Assembly (NCBI GenBank): GCA_032718475.1
Contig: JAUCBJ010009005.1
Span: forward strand, 1 to 57,133
DNA: 57,133 nt
Source: Nemertoderma westbladi
Lineage: Eukaryota > Animalia > Xenacoelomorpha
Direction: 5' to 3'
The translations under genes were made by a program, and so were the position numbers. The notes under the pieces are model-generated. The model was given only the letters and a program-made list of their open reading frames with translations. It ran no database searches and had not been told where the DNA came from. Below, in pieces: positions 49,472 to 57,133 of this stretch (position 1 is the stretch's first letter; each line of letters begins with the position of its first letter).

Positions 49472-50660
49472 GTACCAGTACTGCATGGTAAAACGAACTT
49501 AGATCCTGCAGGGCCTGACTGTGATGAACTTAGATCATTGCGAACTTAGGTCCTATATATGTGAACATAGATCCTATCTGGGTGAACATAGATCCTAACT
49601 AGGTGAACTTAGATCCTCACTAGGTCAACTAAGATCCTTTCTAGTGGAACTTAGATTCTAACTAGGTGAACTTAGATCCTACCTGGGTAAACTTAGATCC
49701 TACCTAGGCGAACTTAGGTCCTACCTGTATATATGCGAACATAGATCCTATCTGGGTGAACATAGATCCTAACTAGGTGAACTTAGATCCTCACTAGGTC
49801 AACTAAGATCCTTTCTAGTGGAACTTAGATTCTAACTAGGTGAACTTAGATCCTACCTGGGTAAACTTAGATCCTACCTAGGCGAACTTAGGTCCTACTG
49901 TATATGCGAACATAGATCCTATCTGGGTGAACTTAGATCCTAACTAGGTGAACTTAGATCCTAACTAGGTGAACTTAGATCCTAACTAGGTGAACTTAGA
50001 TCCTCACTCCTAACTTGGTGAACTTGGATCCCACTTTACGCCAATAAAAGCCTTTGGTAATCATCATGCTAGTTGCGAAGCGAACTTAGATCCCACGTCA
50101 GCACGTTGAAAGCAAAGCGAACTTATATCTTATGATATTAAATCCGAATTTATATAAATTCCTTAGCACAGGCTAGAGGAGACGCGAACTTAGATCCCAC
50201 GTGTACTGTGCATTGGCTGCGTTCTACCGATTACAGTACATTGTGTGTTACATTAAAGCATATAAAAGTACTTATAATGATGTAATGAAAATAAGTCATA
50301 TACACTCAAAAGTATTTGCGATCAGTGACTCACCAACAAACTATAATTTACCAATTAATAGCTATTCGTTGCAATGTATTGATGGGTATGATCTACGTTC
50401 GCTTCCCTTCTAGCGTGATAATATTTACAGTACAGTAGGCACCTATAAGCTGATAAGGTCTCCTGGCCTATGGGAATGACATTTCACATTAACACAACTA
50501 CGGTACAGCAATATATGCAAGGTGGGATCTAAGTTCGTATGTTGAGGATCTAAATTCATATGAGAAGGATCTAAGTTCGTAAGTTGAGGATCTAAGTTCA
50601 TAATATGGGAAGGATCTAAGTTCGTATGGGAAGAATCTAAGTTCGTATATGGGAAGGATC
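49472..50660. mobile_element. Foldback-like element: GAACTTAGATCC 21-bp array on the left and inverted GGATCTAAGTTCG array on the right
   Basis: GGTGAACTTAGATCCTAACTA-type units at ~49520-50030 with a ~171-174-bp higher-order repeat, scattered copies to 50200, and about six to seven reverse-orientation copies at 50526-50660. Confidence 0.7.
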
Positions 50661-50830
50661 ACCCCAGTAATTCGTAGGACCGCCTGTTACAGTGTTACTG
50701 TGTTAGCTACCGCTTTTTTCCCTCTACACTCCAGCACTCTAGTGGCTGGTGATATCAGCGAACATCCGTTAACCCAGTTCCTCAACCACAGACAGGCAGT
50801 CAGCAGCCACAGAAACAGAACTGAACCACG

Positions 50831-51834
50831 ATGGACTGGGAGAGCAGTTTATCCTCAGTCTCTCTAACTCTTTCCACGGAAACGAACCTGCGATCGCCGT
50901 TGGACGTCTTATACAACTACGGTACTGCAGGTTTCCGCATGGAAGCGAGTCTTCTTCCTCCGGTAGCTTACCGTATGGGGCTCTTAGCGGTGTTACGGTC
51001 GTCCGCGTTGGCGGGTCGCTGCGTGGGCTGCGTGATAACCGCGTCCCACAATCCGGTTGGGGACAACGGAATCAAACTGGTCGATCCATCTGGGGAAGTT
51101 CTGGAGGTAGAATGGGAGAAATACGCGGCGGAGTTAGCGAACGCTAATAGAGAACGCGTTCTAGAACTCATAACGAGTATACGTAGTAAGGAATGCGTAG
51201 GGGTTGTGGAATCTAGTGTTCTAGTCGCCATGGATACGCGTCCCAGTGGGTGGGGATTGTCGGAACTGTTTATGCGAGGTGTGGTAGACCTTGGGGGTAC
51301 GGCTACACATATGGGACGACTGACAACCCCCCAGCTCCACTACGCCGTACTGTGTCGGGACCAGCCCAGCTACGGTCTCCCGACCAAACTCGGTTACCTC
51401 GAGAAGTTCTCGACGGCTTTCGAATCGTTTATGTCGTCTATCGGGAACGTTGAGACCCCGCTTGTAGTCGATTGCGCTAACGGCGTCGGGGCAGACGCGT
51501 TGCGAGCCTTTAGCCCTCAGCTTCGATCGCTCCAGATTGAGTTGATCAACTCGGGTTCGAGCGGGTTGAACGAGCGTTGTGGCGCGGATTACGTTAAACT
51601 CCACCGTCTCCCCGGGTTTACGATTCTCCCCGGTTTCCGTTACTGCTCGCTGGACGGCGACGCGGATCGCGTGGTCTACTACTACCTCCGGGACGACGGA
51701 GTTTTTCGGCTTCTCGACGGAGATAAGATCGCGGCGCTTCTCGCTGGCTATTTGAGCGAGTTGCTGAGCTCGTCGGGGCTCCAACTTAGTCTCGGTGTAG
51801 TCCAGACCGCCTACGCCAACGGAAACGCAACCCG
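50831..51834 (+). CDS. PGM3: Phosphoacetylglucosamine mutase (PGM3/AGM1), exon 1
   Basis: YGTAGFR, ITASHNP phosphoserine loop, DCANGVG, DGDADR metal loop, LDGDKIA, GVVQTAYANG; exon ends CG|GT at 51834/51835. Start ATG assumed. Confidence 0.95.
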
Positions 51835-53419
51835 GTATTATTATTATTATTTATTTATTATTTTTATTCGGACCGAGATAAATGTAAATATTTTATTCAC
51901 TAATTAAAAATTTAAGTTTAATAAGATAGTTTAATAGTAAAATAAAATAGTTTAATAGTAAAATAAAATAGTTTAATAGTAAAATTAAATAGTTGAATAG
52001 TAAAATAAAATAGTTTAATAATAAAATATAATAGTTTAATAGTAAAATATAATAGTTTTAATAGTGAAATAAAATAGTTTTAATAGTAAAATAAAATAGT
52101 TTTAATAGTAAAATAAAATAGTTTTGATAGTGAAATAAAATAGTTTTAATAGTAAAATATAATAGTTTAATAGTAAAATAAAATAGTTTTAATAGTAAAA
52201 TAAAATAGTTTTAATAGTAAAATAAAATAGTTTTGATAGTGAAATAAAATAGTTTTAATAGTAAAATAAAATAGTTTAATAGTAAAATAAAATAGTTTAA
52301 TAGTAAAATTAAATAGTTTAATAGTAAAATTAAATAGTTTAATAGTAAAATAAAATAGTTTAATAGTAAAATTAAATAGTTTAATAGTAAAATTAAATAG
52401 TTTAATAGTAAAATATAATAGTTTTAATAGTGAAATAAAATAGGTTTAATAGTAAAATAAAATAGTTTTAATAGTAAAATAAAATAGTTTTGATAGTGAA
52501 ATAAAATAGGTTTAATAGTAAAATAAAATAGTTTAATAGTAAAATTAAATAGTTTAATAGTAAAATTAAATAGTTTAATAGTAAAATATAATAGTTTTAA
52601 TAGTGAAATAAAATAGGTTTAATAGTAAAATAAAATAGTTTTAATAGTAAAATAAAATAGTTTTGATAGTGAAATAAAATAGGTTTAATAGTAAAATAAA
52701 ATAGTTTAATAGTAAAATTAAATAGTTTAATAGTAAAATTAAATAGTTTAATAGTAAAATAAAATAATTTAGCAGTAAAATAAAATAGTTTTGATAGTGA
52801 AATAAAATAGGTTTAATAGTAAAATAAAATAGTTTTAATAGTAAAATAAAATAGTTTTAATAGTAAAATATAATAGTTTTAATAGTAAAATATAATAGTT
52901 TTAATAGTGAAATAAAATAGTTTTAATAGTAAAATAAAATAGTTTTAATAGTAAAATAAAATAGTTTTGATAGTGAAATAAAATAGGTTTAATAGTAAAA
53001 TAAAATAGTTTAATAGTAAAATTAAATAGTTTAATAGTAAAATTAAATAGTTTAATAGTAAAATAAAATAATTTAGCAGTAAAATAAAATAGTTTTGATA
53101 GTGAAATAAATTGGTTTAATAGTAAAATAAAATAGTTTTAATAGTAAAATAAAATAGTTTTGATAGTGAAATAAAATAGGTTTAATAGTAAAATAAAATA
53201 GTTTAATAGTAAAATTAAATAGTTTAATAGTAAAATTAAATAGTTTAATAGTAAAATAAAATAATTTAGCAGTAAAATAAAATAGTTTAATAGTAAAATA
53301 AAATAGTTTTGATAGTGAAATAAAATAGTTTTAATAGTAAAATAAAATAGTTTTAATAGTAAAATAAAATAGTTTTGATAGTAAAATAAAATAGTTTATT
53401 ATTAAATTTACTTTATTAG
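51835..53419 (+). other. PGM3: PGM3 intron, 1585 bp, phase 2, GT-AG
   Basis: Donor GTATTA at 51835, acceptor CTTTATTAG ending 53419. Splicing restores ...NGNATR|YVAAIPRVQLVVTKTGVKHLH in frame, giving 520 aa. Confidence 0.92.
51925..53398. repeat. AT-rich 21/22-bp minisatellite ATAGTTT(T)AATAGTAAAATAAA within the PGM3 intron
   Basis: Continuous tandem copies with recurring variants (GATAGTGAAA, AAATTAAA, TTAGCAGT). Confidence 0.97.
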
Positions 53420-53978
53420 GTACGTCGCCGCGATACCTCGAGTTCAACTCGTCGTCACTAAAACCGGGGTGAAACATTTACACGGCCGAGCAGTGGAGTT
53501 CGACATCGGGGTTTACTTCGAGGCCAACGGCCACGGTACCGTGGTATACAGCCCTGCGTCCATCAAAGCCATCCGTAACTGCTCCGGTAACCCGGCCGGT
53601 AGACGGCTCCTTGCTCTCTACGAACTGACCAATCAAGCGGTAGGAGACGCCGTGTCCGATATCCTATTGGTTGAAGCTATACTCGCCGCTAAGGGTATCT
53701 CTATCAGCCAATGGGATGCCTTTTACGAGGATTTACCGAGTAGGCAGTTGAAAGTGAAAGTAATAGATAGACTGTCGATAGTTACCAACGATACGGAGAC
53801 CGCTGTTATTAAACCCACAGGTCTCCAGGGGTCTATAGACGCAGTGGTCTCTAAGACCTCATCCGGTAGAAGTTTCATTCGCCCCTCCGGTACGGAGGAC
53901 ATTGTCAGGGTCTACGCAGAGGCTCAAACTCAAACACTCGCTGACCAGCTGGCCTCCAACGTAGCTAATCTATTATGA
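53420..53978 (+). CDS. PGM3: Phosphoacetylglucosamine mutase (PGM3/AGM1), exon 2
   Basis: TGVKHLH, FDIGVYFEANGHGT sugar-binding loop, NQAVGDA, RSFIRPSGTEDIVRVYAEA phosphate-binding loop; TGA at 53976-53978. Confidence 0.95.
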
Positions 53979-54085
53979 TTTATGAATATTAAATATGGTG
54001 TTGGCAGTAATGGTGGCGTTAATTCATTAATTATGTGCATTAGTGTCAGGTTTTATATGCAATAATAGCTATGGTAGAGGTTTGG

Positions 54086-54319
54086 GGGTCAGAGTAAAAC
54101 GCGGATCCGGATCCGGACTCTACATTTAACATTGTCCCTACGGAAGTCGATTTTTTTTACATTTTTATAACTCCCAAAAATAAAACTATAACGTCATGTT
54201 CTATTGACTTTAGTTTATTGTTTTCGTTAAAATAACGTGCCACTGTAACCTGCTCCTTTCCCTTAATTGATAATTTTGGAATCCGGATCCGGATCGGGAT
54301 CCGCGTTTTACACCTACCC
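54086..54319. mobile_element. Mutator-like MITE (234 bp) with 9-bp target-site duplication
   Basis: TIRs GGGT...GTAAAACGCGGATCCGGATCCGGA / TCCGGATCGGGATCCGCGTTTTAC...ACCC, flanked by GAGGTTTGG at 54077-54085 and 54320-54328. Confidence 0.85.
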
Positions 54320-56987
54320 GAGGTTTGGTATATTGGTGCAGTGATATTTATTGTGTAGAACGTTTTTAATTGTGTAACTTATATTTTTCTTATATTTTGA
54401 CATGTCCTGGTCTATATAGTTTTTAGTCTTAATTTTTTGGGTGACTTAGAATGTGGAGTTAGCATGGTGCAACGGGCATTGGTGCAGCTATAATATTTAC
54501 GTAGCTGTGCGTTTTATTTGATAGACTGGGAAGGTTTGAGAGACGAACGAACGAACTTCAATTATTATTAATTATACTCAATCTATTCTACTGTGTTCTG
54601 TACAACATAATTAGTTAAGGTAAAAAATATATTTAATTCCACGAAATTACATTTTTAGACCTAATAATCCGGGGGGGGGGGGGGGGGGTGTGGTCAATAC
54701 TCAATACCCCACCGCTTTAGTTTTTGGTTATATCTCTGAAACAAATGGAGTTGGAAATCAGAATTTTTAATTTTGCTTTTCCTAAAATCTTGTTCGCGCT
54801 TTTAGACTTTTAACAGTTTAACCTGCTAATTTATGTGTCTTATGGTGTCTGACAGCCCATACTAAATATGACCACAGCCGAAGTCAGTCTAGCGCGGCGT
54901 ATGACCCACCATGTGTGGGAGACAGAATTCTTTGGCAGAGAGAGGGGTAGGCTACTTTGTATTATTCGATTGATCTCTACTATATAATCTCTAAAAACTA
55001 TGTTTATTTTCAGGGCAATACCAACAGTTCCTCTAGATGCTGCGCTTTAAATACCACACAGAGTTATGACTTATACTAATTACAACGGATGGTCATGAGA
55101 CAGCACAGTGTTTACATTCTTTAGGAATGTATCATTAATCATTCACACTCACTTAACTGACAATAGTACTGAAATACGCTAAATTTGCCGACTGTCACCA
55201 ATTTTACACACATATAAGGAGAAATTTAGCTCACATACGTTAGGTTTATGAAATAGCATAGATTCATACAGACCACTGTAATTTGAGCCAAGCAATTGTT
55301 ACTAATGTTCCCCTCTGCTTACCTCAATAATAAAGAAAGTCAAGGGAATTATCGATTATTCATAAGTATTCTCCAAATATAAGCATCAATTAAATAGGTT
55401 ACAAACCACAGTAATAATAACAGTATAAAAACAGTATAAGGTATGCGGTGCCGGCAGTGTCAACAGTTAGACGTCAGCAAGTTTGAGTGTAAGCAGAAAG
55501 ATTGAGTGGAAAGTTAATAGATTTGCGTTCTATGATTCTCTCTGTCCGCTGATGGTTCTGGGCGGCGAAGACAAAGTCAGAATGAAGGATTTTGTCGCAT
55601 TTACATTTACATAATGTAAACAAAGGCCGGTTAACTGAAAACTTGACGAAAAATAACATAGGCCCTATGGATAAAGAAACAACTGGCTAAGTTCGTCATT
55701 GTGGCTCTGTACCAAAACAGACGCTAGAGGGCATAAGTCTATACATTCTACAATCCCTTGAAATAATGCTGGCCTTTTAGAGTAGTTCGCGAATTGCACA
55801 AAAACGACACATTTTTAACACAAAATCATTAACAAATCTTTCGGCATCATAATTATGAAAACCGTTTTTAAACATCCCGAGTAGTTTTCGAGATTTAGCA
55901 CAATTTTTGAAACCTTTCTTTTGGTACTATTTCTGAGACATTTTATGAAAATTCTATAGTTTGTAATATTAATTGTATCATCTCTATTTTTGAATTTCAC
56001 TCTTTTGGGGTTTGCAATTCGATGTAATCATATAAAACGTGCTACTGAAAGTGAAAAACCTTCCATATTTTCCTTGCTGAAATTTAGCATATGAAGTACA
56101 AGTAAACTAGCTGCGTCTATGTGGGACGGTACTCCATCTAAACTTCTAAAGTTTGCCGCTAGAGGGCGAAATATCTGAAAGTGAAAACCTTCTCTCATTT
56201 CGTTATTTGTTATCCGTGAAACTTGGCTGAAACTTGGCATATAAACATACCAGTGCCAGACCACGACCATCCCTAGGCTGCGTCTTTGTTTGGACGGCAA
56301 TCCCTCCGCAGTTCTCCAGTTTATTGCTAGTGGGCTGAACTGAAGTTAGAAATGTCTAAAACGAAAACTTTCACCAATTTTATAATCCTTTCTTCATGAT
56401 AGATACCTGCCATATATTTCTAGACCTCAGATTGAGTTTTTGTGAGGTCTTTAAATCGCCTGCAGTTAACCAGTCAGCCTCTAGGCGGTAAAGCGATTAT
56501 GGGACATCTTAAATTTTGAATTCTTTCGAGTTGACAGCCCTGACACTTAACTTAAGTTTGTGTGGACAATGTCCATGTCTTGCTGAGGGACTAAATTTGC
56601 CACGGAAACCACTAATAACCAACCAAATTAGGCCGCGATATGGCGCTGGATTTTACAATGCCACACGCCATGACCTCCTTACTTATACCAACAAACTCTA
56701 CCCAACCAGCAAATGAATAATGAAAGTAAAAGTGACGAAACTTACAGGAGTGTCGGTTCTGGCTGACATCTGAACTGAAGGTGGTATAGTAGTCCTACAG
56801 TGCGCATATTCCCAACATAGAGTGTCGTTTCAGCCTTTGGAAGTATTTCTGGGCGTCTAATTGGCTGTTCTTTAAATAAGCTCACCTCATTGGCTAACAC
56901 TCTCCAAAGCCAAATGGTGTGTCGGTTTCGGTCTAATTGCCAGAAGGGATGTCGGTTGGAGAGTTTTTCTAATTCACTAATCTTTGG

Positions 56988-57115
56988 TGTGGGGCGAGCC
57001 ACGAAGTGAGTGAGCTTTAGCGTAGTGGTACCATTAATCAACCTGTCGTTCTGTGGGGCGAGCCACGAAGTGAGTGAGCCTTAGCGTAGTGGTACCATTA
57101 ATCAACCTGTCGTTC
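56988..57115. repeat. 64-bp tandem duplication at window end
   Basis: TGTGGGGCGAGCCACGAAGTGAGTGAGC(T/C)TTAGCGTAGTGGTACCATTAATCAACCTGTCGTTC starts at 56988 and again at 57052. Confidence 0.9.
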
Positions 57116-57133
57116 TGTCGTTCTGTCATTCTG

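Noticed and set aside
50831-53978. Two separate genes or a PGM3 pseudogene (358-aa and 169-aa ORFs)
   Set aside because: A GT-AG intron joins them in frame with all catalytic motifs intact; the YYYYYLF tail is intron read-through.
29508-53978. Prokaryotic origin or contamination of the intron-poor genes
   Set aside because: DCAF13 is eukaryote-specific, PGM3 is the eukaryotic type with a spliceosomal intron, and both are embedded in eukaryotic retroelements.
32733-54688. Poly-G/C tracts (32733-32757, ~35034-35046, ~54670-54688) as regulatory sites
   Set aside because: Homopolymers within repeat remnants, with no supporting context and unreliable length.

Overview
Repeat-dominated eukaryotic (animal-like) genomic window. 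Two intact housekeeping genes sit head-to-head about 20 kb apart: an intronless DCAF13/SOF1 (29508-30854, minus) and PGM3/AGM1 (50831-51834 + 53420-53978, plus), whose single GT-AG intron is almost entirely an AT-rich minisatellite. Most of the rest is repeat: the 3' end of an RTE-like LINE, a ~25.7 kb 46/50-bp satellite with kb-scale higher-order duplications, a 10-bp and an 18-bp tandem array, nested inverted-repeat elements and MITEs (one MULE-like with a 9-bp TSD, one carrying a tRNA-like cassette), a CRE-like endonuclease fragment, and a partial-tandem Penelope-like element with a truncated RT and an upstream coiled-coil-like ORF. The most notable oddities are the minisatellite built from the last codons plus stop codon of DCAF13 (21 in-frame TAGs), the truncated Penelope unit bracketed by a perfect 42-bp inverted repeat, and the many unrelated local tandem expansions. 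I cannot support a new biological system from the sequence alone. Family assignments are from recalled motifs, not database searches, and the organism is not identified.
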